DNA of 64,000 bases from assembly GCA_965204375.1 (NCBI GenBank), contig OZ241986.1:3584001-3648000 (forward strand). Reading direction: 5' to 3'. Below, piece after piece: positions 44,093-52,628 of this stretch (position 1 is the first letter of the stretch; the number at the start of each line of letters is the position of its first letter). Source of the stretch: Candidatus Latescibacterota bacterium (GTDB lineage Bacteria > Latescibacterota > UBA2968). The notes beneath the pieces were generated by a model. The model was given only the letters and a program-made list of their open reading frames with translations. It made no database searches and was not told the origin of the DNA. A program made the translations under genes and the position numbers.

Positions 44093-46456
44093 CTAAATAT
44101 CCAGTGAAAAATCAATTGCTTCTTCGTCATACTCGCTGGCATCTTCACCCAGCCGACGATCTGTTAGTTTGATTGTAATCGGGTCCCGTGTGCAGTCTTC
44201 AGGCCGAGTCCAAGTGAGAGCAGTAAGATAATATACATCCCTTAAGCAGTCTTCAAACGGCATATCTCCGTCAACATATCTGATATGCAACGGTCTTGTT
44301 GTACCTGGATGGAAAAATGCTTTTCCAGTCGTACATAAGTACGCATCTCTATCATCAATGATGTGGTAGCAGCCAACTTGAGGATTTTTAACTTCAAAAT
44401 CATCCCACTTTTTCGTAACATCAAAAAATCTGATGGGGACCGGAGATGTCTTTGAAATTTCCAAAAATGTTACTGTTGAGGATTTGGGTAGGGTACCCTT
44501 TTCCTTAAGCAGGATCAATGCTTCTTGGATACCGTCGATTTCAGATTGAAACAATCTTCCATCTCGATGAATAACAATCCGCTCAATAGGCTTGTCCGCT
44601 ACTTCGGCTTCCTTACTTATTAGTTTGAATAAGAAGGTTTTGACCTGCGGTTTTCCCAGCTTTTCCCTATGTCTGGAGCGTGATACTTCCGTCCTAATCC
44701 TTGCTCCCATGTTTCCGACGAGAGTGAAACCCGCCGTACTATGTTTTGCGTCGATTCCAATGGTCAAATCTGCTTCGAGTGGTGTAGCTAAGACAAATGG
44801 CCAATTTTCATTAGTTAGAAGAATTTTATTGAGTACTACACCGCGGATATAGCCTCTCAATTTGCCAGCCTTCTTAGGATTTGGTTCATACACATCAATA
44901 CCATTCTTTGATATAAGATCATAACATTCTTGGCCTACGGCAGAGTGATTGACAGCGACCCGCAAATCGTAATCGCGTTCCAAGCGATTTATTATCATCG
45001 CACCTAATTGATCGTGTTCGCGGAATTTTTGATCCCTAGTGTGATGTAACATCACGAGCATATGTCCGCTCAGTTGTCCTTCTTCTTCGATCGCAGTAAG
45101 TATAGATTTGCCTTGTGCGACGAATGTTCTTGGTCCACCATCGGGATAGGTGATGATCTTTGGTGCGTAGGGTGGCAAGACTTGATTATCCGATTTACCA
45201 AGACAATCAGCCACACAATTCTGAATATCTGTGGTATATTTTTCTCCCCAACTTTTTTCTACGGATTCTGGTAGGACAAGATACTGTTGTCCAAGGGGAG
45301 CCTTGTCATAGAATCCAACTGATTGATCAGCTAATAGATCTAATCGAACACGTCCAATATTATCAAGGCTGACTTGCTGAGCTTGTGGTGTTCCACTCAC
45401 AGATACAATGTGACCTTCACCAAACTCATAATCGGGAATTTGAAACATTGCTTGCGGGATAGTGATCTGTGTCGAAGACAATCTGACAGGAACATCACCG
45501 AATTTCAAGCTTGATAGGTATTTTGCTGTAAATTTGTGAATCTTTGATCGTCTGACTTTCGGATGTGGCACAACCAGTTTGTGGTTATGTCGAACTGCAG
45601 AATGTCTGTTATCTAAAATCGCATAACATAGTCCGGTCGGAACTGCCCTGGGTTCGCCTTTATTGGTTCTATATATTGCAACAGATGAATCGTGCAGGAG
45701 GTTAGTAACCTCCTTTGGCAAAGGTTGTGGCGCATGTTTAAGGATATATTCTCTGAGATTATAATTTTTCCCGTCCTTTACAATTGGATACGTAGAAATA
45801 TCGAGATCGTGTAACTCATCTAATTTTACATCATACCAGCTACGTCCAAAATGGTAAACAAACCGGCTACCAGCATATTTCCGGAATTTGTCTCTTGACA
45901 GGTGCAATGGAAGTGAAGTGTTACTGACGAATTTTCCTCTAAAATCGACACACAAACCTATACCGCCATTTGGTGTTACAATTGCCCTAAATGCAAATCC
46001 CTGAAAAAAATCAATGTCTCCGATACGGCGAGTTGGGTTTCTTTCATAAAAAGGAGTACCACTGCCCAATTGCCATAGGGCCCTATTTTTCCAAACTTCA
46101 CTTTGCAAAGCAAAATTGAGGAACCGGAGACAGATATCATCATTGTTCACAGATCTTTCTGTAAAATCTATTGGTAATACACCTACTTTTTCAAATATCA
46201 CAACAGTACGAACGAGGTCGTAGGGAGATGGGGGTTCAGGACCACGTTCGGATAACACAAGATGGGGAATACCTTCAATTTCAATAATTATTGCGGAAGT
46301 TCGCAATTGAAAGCTGATCTGCCTGACAATCTGTGCCTTATTTTGAAAGTATTCGTCTTGATTTCTATCTAAATTTAGAATCTTATACAAACGATATCGA
46401 GCAGAAAACTCTGCTATGTTTTCAATGTTAAAGATGTTTGTTTCAAGGCCTTTCAT
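44093..46456 (-). CDS. ago: Long prokaryotic Argonaute (N-PAZ-MID-PIWI), predicted catalytic DEDD tetrad
   Basis: 787 aa; PIWI motifs LTIGIDAK (D), REKL (E), IVIHRDGR (D), FLEISK, GTTRPL, PITIKLTDRR (D); overlaps the upstream gene by 14 bp. Confidence 0.9.
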   Translation of the reverse strand: MKGLETNIFNIENIAEFSARYRLYKILNLDRNQDEYFQNKAQIVRQISFQLRTSAIIIEIEGIPHLVLSERGPEPPSPYDLVRTVVIFEKVGVLPIDFTERSVNNDDICLRFLNFALQSEVWKNRALWQLGSGTPFYERNPTRRIGDIDFFQGFAFRAIVTPNGGIGLCVDFRGKFVSNTSLPLHLSRDKFRKYAGSRFVYHFGRSWYDVKLDELHDLDISTYPIVKDGKNYNLREYILKHAPQPLPKEVTNLLHDSSVAIYRTNKGEPRAVPTGLCYAILDNRHSAVRHNHKLVVPHPKVRRSKIHKFTAKYLSSLKFGDVPVRLSSTQITIPQAMFQIPDYEFGEGHIVSVSGTPQAQQVSLDNIGRVRLDLLADQSVGFYDKAPLGQQYLVLPESVEKSWGEKYTTDIQNCVADCLGKSDNQVLPPYAPKIITYPDGGPRTFVAQGKSILTAIEEEGQLSGHMLVMLHHTRDQKFREHDQLGAMIINRLERDYDLRVAVNHSAVGQECYDLISKNGIDVYEPNPKKAGKLRGYIRGVVLNKILLTNENWPFVLATPLEADLTIGIDAKHSTAGFTLVGNMGARIRTEVSRSRHREKLGKPQVKTFLFKLISKEAEVADKPIERIVIHRDGRLFQSEIDGIQEALILLKEKGTLPKSSTVTFLEISKTSPVPIRFFDVTKKWDDFEVKNPQVGCYHIIDDRDAYLCTTGKAFFHPGTTRPLHIRYVDGDMPFEDCLRDVYYLTALTWTRPEDCTRDPITIKLTDRRLGEDASEYDEEAIDFSLDI

Positions 46457-47378
46457 AGTTATCCTCCCAACATATCATTTTAAATTTGCACCTTTGACAA
46501 TTACCAGGGTAGATAGTGACGTCAAAATCTTCAGGTTTGAGATCCGAAGGCTTGTTATTATCGACCGCGGAGACCATATCATTAATACTTTTCCCGATAT
46601 AATCTTCTAACTTGTGAATATCTTCTTCTGTGAGTTGATACTCTCTCAGAGTGTTTGTCAGTAATTGCACTTCTGCTAGTTCGATATCGGTTTCAGCCCA
46701 CCTATCAAGAGAGGGAAAATATGAGTGAGGTTTGCATCTTTTGAGTGCTAGAGCATAGACTCCCAACTGCAACCAAGCTTCTTGTAGGGCAAATGTATGC
46801 ACTTTCCAATCGACAATTAGCGGGGCACGATTATTGTAGAAGGCCAGTACGTCAGGAATAGCTCGAACTGTATTCTCGAAGAAAGGGAACTGTAGAATCC
46901 TCTGTGCAAATAGTCCGTCTGCTTGAGCTAACTTTTGTAGCAGGACTTCCTGACTATATAGATTCTCAATGGCCTGCAAGACTTCAATTCTGGCTTTATC
47001 TAATTGATCTGTTGGGATTGAACCATCATAGACTATCGCTTGAAATGCCACAAAATCTGGATCTTTGAGGTTAGTAGTAGGAGAAAGTAGATCATTTTCC
47101 AACCCAAATTTTAACTGTTTTTCGAGTTGATGTACCGCTTCGTTTTGTAGTTGATCCTTTGAAGGCACACGCTTATATCTTAGCCCTTTAAGTAGGGATT
47201 CTGATAAGACTTCATCAACTATTAACCCTCTCCAAGCACTGACCGAAACTAATTTTGACAAGCGATAAGCTAAATGCCGGTCAGGAGACTTAGCTCTTGC
47301 ATTTGCAAATGTCTTCTGAAAGAACCATTTTCTTGGACAACCTCGGAAATTATAGTTGTCCGAAACTGACCATATCAT
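46443..47378 (-). CDS. Cas4-like / RecB-family PD-(D/E)XK nuclease with 4-Cys Fe-S motif
   Basis: N-terminal WS-x-S...CPRKW; IPDV...IVDWK; QLGVY; C-terminal CQRC-x5-C. Confidence 0.85.
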   Translation of the reverse strand: MIWSVSDNYNFRGCPRKWFFQKTFANARAKSPDRHLAYRLSKLVSVSAWRGLIVDEVLSESLLKGLRYKRVPSKDQLQNEAVHQLEKQLKFGLENDLLSPTTNLKDPDFVAFQAIVYDGSIPTDQLDKARIEVLQAIENLYSQEVLLQKLAQADGLFAQRILQFPFFENTVRAIPDVLAFYNNRAPLIVDWKVHTFALQEAWLQLGVYALALKRCKPHSYFPSLDRWAETDIELAEVQLLTNTLREYQLTEEDIHKLEDYIGKSINDMVSAVDNNKPSDLKPEDFDVTIYPGNCQRCKFKMICWEDNYERP

Positions 47379-47731
47379 TATTCCTTCCTCCGATTTTTTT
47401 TTAATCGTAAAAAGTCCAAATACTCAATCAGCGCTTCCTGTTCTTCTTCACTTGTTGCTCCGAGTCTTGCAACGAATGCTGTTTCCTTATTTTGTTCTTG
47501 ATGATCGGGCATTGGGTATCCTGCCATTGTCATTATCGAAGCATATGGCACCTGATACAATTCGCTCAACTTAAACAGAATTTTGGGAGAAGGAGTACGG
47601 ATTTTGCCACTTTCTAATTGGCTAAGGTAAGCATTGGAAATTTCGGTTTCTTTTTCAACTGCTCTGAGAGTGTAGTTTTTCGATTGTCTCATAGACTTCA
47701 GGTGTGCTCCGAGTTCGTTTAAGTCAGGCAT
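47378..47731 (-). CDS. XRE-family HTH transcriptional regulator
   Basis: LKSMR...TLRAVE...ISNAYLSQLESG...PS; ATG after AGGAG; stop overlaps the next start (TAATG). Confidence 0.9.
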   Translation of the reverse strand: MPDLNELGAHLKSMRQSKNYTLRAVEKETEISNAYLSQLESGKIRTPSPKILFKLSELYQVPYASIMTMAGYPMPDHQEQNKETAFVARLGATSEEEQEALIEYLDFLRLKKNRRKE

Positions 47732-47770
47732 GTTTTCTCTCCTGCTGATCGTTTGATTCAACAATTCTTT

Positions 47771-47807
47771 TGCTAATTATATCAAGCATTGCTAAATTTG
47801 TCAAGCA
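47771..47807 (-). promoter_or_regulatory. Consensus sigma70 promoter overlapped by two operator repeats
   Basis: Minus strand TTGACA (47799-47804) -17- TATAAT (47776-47781); repeats tgctaattatatcaagca (47771-47788) and tgctaaatttgtcaagca (47790-47807), each TGCT-N10-AGCA. Confidence 0.82.
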
Positions 47808-48097
47808 TTTCAGATAAAAAATTTTCGATTCCTAAAATCATTTAAACTCTAACTTCATATTTTACATACTATTTGACTGAGGTATATTAGTTGGAAAAAA
47901 GGATACTGTTGCGAGAATTTTGAGTCTTGATGCCTTTTTGTTTGACATTCGACTTCGGTTCATATACATTTCAAATCCAATGGGGACTTGGTTTCCTGCT
48001 CTCCGGGAAAATTAGAGGATACATCTCCGGATTTTGTAGAAATGGTCTTAAAAAAAGCATTCCAGAAATAGACTAAAGACAATAAGTTAAATTGGGT

Positions 48098-48174
48098 GGG
48101 CGATTAGCTCAGGTGGTTAGAGTGCTTGCTTGACATGCAAGAGGTCACTGGTTCAAGTCCAGTATCGCCCACCA
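48098..48174 (+). tRNA. tRNA-Val (GAC)
   Basis: Acceptor gggcgat/atcgccc, D-arm tagctcaggtggttagag, anticodon arm cttgc-ttGACat-gcaag, T-loop gttcaagtc, encoded CCA. Confidence 0.96.
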
Positions 48175-48182
48175 TTAAAAAC

Positions 48183-48216
48183 AATGGGTTACGCAAATTG
48201 ATGCGTAACCCATTTT
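48183..48216 (+). terminator. Hairpin downstream of tRNA
   Basis: aatgggttacgca-aattga-tgcgtaacccatt followed by T-rich sequence. Confidence 0.65.
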
Positions 48217-48260
48217 CCTTTGATGCCCATCTGGATGCAGTCTTTCAAGGAATTCTGAAC

Positions 48261-48896
48261 ATGAAACGAATCGGTATTCTGGCCTACGGCTCTCTAATAG
48301 ACAATCCGGGTCCAGAACTGGGACCGAACACGGTTGCAAAAATCAAAGGTGTCAATACGCCATTCAGGGTTGAATTCGCCCGGAAGAGCCGAAGCCGCAA
48401 TTATGCACCCACTTTAGTTCCGGTTGCTGAGAGTGGTGCTTCCGTTAAAGGCGTTATACTCATATTGAGAGACGGCATATCTGAAACAGAAGCTAAAAAT
48501 ATGCTCTGGCGCCGGGAAGTGAACCGTTTTGACACTCGGAAAATTTACCAACCCTATGCAAACCCCGGTGACAATAAGGTGTATGTGGAAGCGCTGGAAC
48601 ATTTCAAGGGTATCGATGTGGTTTATTACGTCCGAATTGCCTCTAATATCCAACCCTTGACACCAGCACGCCTGGCAAAGCTGGCTATTCAAAGCGTCAG
48701 CTTAAAAAAGAAAAACCAGGGGCGAGATGGCATTAGCTACCTGAACAATGCAAAAGCAAACGGTATTCAAACGCCCCTCATGTCCGCATACGAACTGGAG
48801 ATTCTACAGCGGATGAACGCAAAAAATCTCGCAGAAGCCTTGTCCTCGCAAATCAACCTGTTGAAAGAAAATGCTGGATCATCTCACGCTCCGTAG
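48261..48896 (+). CDS. Gamma-glutamylcyclotransferase (ChaC-like) fold hypothetical protein
   Basis: MKRIGILAYGSL, APTLVP, L-x-R-R-E, GISYL. Confidence 0.6.
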   Translation: MKRIGILAYGSLIDNPGPELGPNTVAKIKGVNTPFRVEFARKSRSRNYAPTLVPVAESGASVKGVILILRDGISETEAKNMLWRREVNRFDTRKIYQPYANPGDNKVYVEALEHFKGIDVVYYVRIASNIQPLTPARLAKLAIQSVSLKKKNQGRDGISYLNNAKANGIQTPLMSAYELEILQRMNAKNLAEALSSQINLLKENAGSSHAP

Positions 48897-48897
48897 G

Positions 48898-49716
48898 TTA
48901 ATCCCCTTCAGAAAGTATTTCAGCAATTTTATCCAGATATGCTTTCAGGGACAAACCGTGACTTCTTGCCAGAATCCCCAGCGTATCCACTTTTGTCCGT
49001 TCTCCCTTTTCGATTCTGCGCACATGGCGTTCCGAAAGGCCCTGAATATCGGCTTGCTTAAGCCCACACTGTTTTCGAAATGCGGCAACAGCCTCTCCGA
49101 ACCGAATGTCAGACATCAATCTTTCCCGATCCTTTTGCTCCCGCCACATATCATCTTTCAGGTAGCGAACAGCATCCAGGTCGATGTGTACATCAGCCTC
49201 AGGCCAGTGAATATAACTGCCTTCGCTGGAGATGGTAAATGAAGAACGCTGTTTTTCTGGTATGCTCTCGAATGCGAGCATTTCATCAAACCCAACTCTG
49301 AACAAGGTATGATCACAGGCCACGACAAAAAGCTCATCATCAATAACCTGTGCAGTGGCAATTAGCTGATCCGGACATCCAAGACTCCAGGCCGTAAGCA
49401 CGCGCTTTGGCACATCCTTATCTGAATGCACAAGAATGTTTCGGGTCATTCTCAGTTTAGCTGCATAAAGCATCTGCGGTAAAAACTGAGCATTGTGGTC
49501 TTCCCGGACAAAAAGGGTTCGAAGATGGTTTCGGTGATTGGCAGCACGCACAAATTCAGTAACAACAGGCAGATCGGGAACAGAAGTGAGCACAAAAATA
49601 TCCCGAGAATTTATCCTTCCCAAGTCTGGCTTCCGAAAAACCCTGAAAGAACGCGGAATGATGTCATCGCTGAATGGGTCTTGAGCCCAGACGGTCATAT
49701 TAGCAGTCTTTGACAT
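48898..49716 (-). CDS. DUF2442 + XRE-HTH antitoxin-like protein
   Basis: GSYIHWPEADVHID (DUF2442) followed by LKQADI...HVRRIEKG HTH; start 2 bp after the partner's stop. Confidence 0.75.
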   Translation of the reverse strand: MSKTANMTVWAQDPFSDDIIPRSFRVFRKPDLGRINSRDIFVLTSVPDLPVVTEFVRAANHRNHLRTLFVREDHNAQFLPQMLYAAKLRMTRNILVHSDKDVPKRVLTAWSLGCPDQLIATAQVIDDELFVVACDHTLFRVGFDEMLAFESIPEKQRSSFTISSEGSYIHWPEADVHIDLDAVRYLKDDMWREQKDRERLMSDIRFGEAVAAFRKQCGLKQADIQGLSERHVRRIEKGERTKVDTLGILARSHGLSLKAYLDKIAEILSEGD

Positions 49717-49718
49717 AC

Positions 49719-49997
49719 TTAGCTCCTTGTATCCACTTTGGCTTCCCACTCGGCATAAAGCGCGTCTCGATATTGAAGCACCAGATTTAAAAGCTCCCGG
49801 CACTCTTTGCCCGAAGGACCCGATCCAGAGGGAGGAAACTTCACATTGAAAACCAAATTGCTGCGTTTACACGCACGAAAAAAGACGCGGATCTCCCATT
49901 TGTCTGGTTTGCGGGCGTGAAAATGAGGCGGTTCGTGATCCGAGGAATTGAACCATAGGTCCACACCCGCCATATGAAAACAATCCAATTTGCCCAA
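49719..49997 (-). CDS. DUF4160 family toxin-like protein
   Basis: DHEPPHFH motif; C-terminal L-x-x-E-W-E; TTG after AAGGAG. Confidence 0.78.
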   Translation of the reverse strand: MGKLDCFHMAGVDLWFNSSDHEPPHFHARKPDKWEIRVFFRACKRSNLVFNVKFPPSGSGPSGKECRELLNLVLQYRDALYAEWEAKVDTRS

Positions 49998-50293
49998 AAG
50001 ACCGCTCCTTTTTCTGTACAAAGAAGATACCCAATACCGGACAATTTGGCAATATCATAAATGCCTAAAAATGTCCGATCGAATCTGGTCACAATAACAT
50101 TCCGATCAACACACTTAGTCAGAACAATATCTAATCCCTTTGTCCCATACCTGTTCCACCTTTTTAAGCATATACCAGACTTGTAGTTGTGGAAATTCAT
50201 CTTGCAGCCATTGGTTCACAAAGCTACATTTACTTAGATTTTTCAATCGTTCTACACGCTCGCTTAGAATTGGATATGACAGGAGCATCAAAA

Positions 50294-51106
50294 ATGGCAG
50301 ATAATATACCAATCGAACACCGGTTCCATTTTGACCTGAGCGGCTTTCTGATCCTTCGCAATATATTGACACCCGAAGAATGCGAAACCACTCTAAATGT
50401 CCTGTCTGATTTGGAAAGCCGGACATACAAAGATGAATGGATGGCTTCTGCACCCAATTTTGGGAGACCAAAACCACTACCCACATGTGATAAGAGCCGA
50501 GAATTTCAGACCCGTTTGAATGGTCTTTTACGGCTTAATCCCGTCTTTGACCTGATGATCGCACATCCAAAAGTCGTGCCTTATCTGAAGGCATTTATGG
50601 GCGAACCTCAACTCATCAACACCTGGTCGATTTCTAAATTCAAGGGCGCGCAACAGGGTGGGTGGCATCGCGGTGTACCAACGACGGATTACAGTTATCG
50701 AAACGGTGATATTCGTTCTCGGATGCTCAATACCGTGTATTTTTTAACAGATAATGGACCCGACGACGGGTGTGTGGTGGCTGTACCGGGTTCACATAAG
50801 AGCAATTTTGATCTGAGCTGGCAAGAATATCAGGGATTGGATCTTCCGGGTGCCGTCGCAGTAACGGGTAAGGCAGGCGATGTCTTACTCTTTTCCGAGA
50901 CCGTCATCCACAATGGACTGCCCAAGACCACAGAACCAGTGCGATCCAATCTGTATTTCAACTACACACACGCGCATTACAATGTGATGATGCGTGAGCC
51001 GCCAAATGGATACCACAGATGTGTTCCGCCAGAGATCCGCGAGCGATTCAATGAAGCGCAAAAAGCGATGACGCGATGGATGGAATTGGCAAGGTGGGAT
51101 GTGTAG
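50294..51106 (+). CDS. Phytanoyl-CoA dioxygenase (PhyH) family Fe/2OG enzyme
   Basis: GFLILRNIL, WHRG, FLTD...PGSHK, AGDVLLF...HNG...R; ATG after AGGAG. Confidence 0.85.
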   Translation: MADNIPIEHRFHFDLSGFLILRNILTPEECETTLNVLSDLESRTYKDEWMASAPNFGRPKPLPTCDKSREFQTRLNGLLRLNPVFDLMIAHPKVVPYLKAFMGEPQLINTWSISKFKGAQQGGWHRGVPTTDYSYRNGDIRSRMLNTVYFLTDNGPDDGCVVAVPGSHKSNFDLSWQEYQGLDLPGAVAVTGKAGDVLLFSETVIHNGLPKTTEPVRSNLYFNYTHAHYNVMMREPPNGYHRCVPPEIRERFNEAQKAMTRWMELARWDV

Positions 51107-51185
51107 CACTGCGTTTGCAATGAAGGGGTGCGGCCCATTGTTGCCTTAAATTCTGGGCGAAAGCCCACAAACGGAAGAATCACAT

Positions 51186-52583
51186 ATGGCGAAACCGAAT
51201 ATTCTGCTCTTGATGACGGATCAACAGCGTGCAGATGCGATGGGCTGCACTGGTGGCTGGGTTGAAACGCCGAATATGGATCGGATCGCAAATGAAGGCG
51301 TGAGGTTTTCTAATTGCGTTACGAATTCGCCTATCTGTGTACCTGCAAGGCTGAGCCTGGCTACGGGACACTACCCTCACAATACGGGTGTGTGGAATCA
51401 TCAGGACCATACCCTGTCGCCCGACGCGAAAACGTGGACCCAGGTTGTCAGGTCCTGTGGGTATCGAACCAGCCTGTTCGGCAAGACACACCTGCATCCT
51501 ACGTCAGGTGACTTGCGCAGTCGAGAGCACCTGCTGCACGCCTATGGGCTGGATGATGTGAATGAAATTGGGGGCCCACGGGCGTGCGCAAACTGCGTTT
51601 CTCATATGACTTCGATGTGGGAAAAAAAGGGTCTGTGGGAAAAGTACAAAGCGGACCTCGCTGAGCGTTCCAGAACCAAACGGTACCTGGTGCGGCCCTC
51701 GGCAGTGGGGCTGGAGGACTATTACGATGTATATGTAGGCCAGCAAGCCAAAGGCTATCTAGAAAGCTATGATCGCTCCGAGCCGTGGTTTTGCTGGGTG
51801 AGTTTTGGCGGACCACATATGCCTTATGACACACCTGAACCGTACGCGAGCAAGTACCACCCCGACTCCATGCCCAGTCCGGTTCCTTATCCCGGAGATG
51901 AGCGCAAGCGACCTCGGGGAACCCTGGATGATATCCTGGACAACAGGCCCACATTCGACCCTGGAGAAGAAAAGATACTACGAGCGGATTACGCCGGTAA
52001 CGTGACTCTGATTGACGACCAAATCGGAGAGATCCTATTGGCGATCGAAGCACGTGGTGAGCTTGACGACACGGTGATTCTTCTGGTCTCTGACCACGGC
52101 GAAATGAACGGTGATTGTGGAATTCTGGCGAAAAGCAATTTTATGAATGGCGCCGTTCGCGTACCCCTGGTGATTCGGACCCCTGACACCGTCGGTCGTT
52201 CGGCTGCTGGAAAGACATGCGCAAGCCATACGGAGTGGTTTGATGCGGGGCCGACACTAGCTGAACTAGCGGGAGGGGAAATCGAGTATCCCCAGTTTGC
52301 GAAATCCCTCTGCCCGATGCTTGCAGACCCCTCGATCGAACACCGGAGCGAGGCGATTTCGGAATATGGCGGAGATGTCATGCTGTTGAATCATGATTGG
52401 AAGATTGCACTCAACAAAGAAGGAGAGGCCTACCTGCTGTTTGACGTGAAGAACGACCCGAGTGAGGTGAATAACCTGGCCGGAAGAGCCGATATGGCTG
52501 ACGTGGAGAATTCTCTGAAGCTGAGGATACTGGAACGAATGATGGAGAGTCAGGTTTATACAGGGGCCAGGTTCGCGGGTTGA
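51186..52583 (+). CDS. Sulfatase (Cys-type)
   Basis: KPNILLLMTDQQR, CVPARLSLATG, GKTH, SDHG. Confidence 0.92.
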   Translation: MAKPNILLLMTDQQRADAMGCTGGWVETPNMDRIANEGVRFSNCVTNSPICVPARLSLATGHYPHNTGVWNHQDHTLSPDAKTWTQVVRSCGYRTSLFGKTHLHPTSGDLRSREHLLHAYGLDDVNEIGGPRACANCVSHMTSMWEKKGLWEKYKADLAERSRTKRYLVRPSAVGLEDYYDVYVGQQAKGYLESYDRSEPWFCWVSFGGPHMPYDTPEPYASKYHPDSMPSPVPYPGDERKRPRGTLDDILDNRPTFDPGEEKILRADYAGNVTLIDDQIGEILLAIEARGELDDTVILLVSDHGEMNGDCGILAKSNFMNGAVRVPLVIRTPDTVGRSAAGKTCASHTEWFDAGPTLAELAGGEIEYPQFAKSLCPMLADPSIEHRSEAISEYGGDVMLLNHDWKIALNKEGEAYLLFDVKNDPSEVNNLAGRADMADVENSLKLRILERMMESQVYTGARFAG

Positions 52584-52628
52584 TTTTCAGGAGATCACGG
52601 ACCAGGGCGAAAACGAACTAATATCCTT

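Noticed and set aside
46443-47378. Cas4-like gene as part of a CRISPR-Cas locus
   Set aside because: No cas1/cas2 or array in the window; it is coupled to pAgo instead.
48126-48260. N-terminal extension of the 48126-48896 ORF
   Set aside because: Overlaps the tRNA and its hairpin; the real start is MKRIG at 48261.
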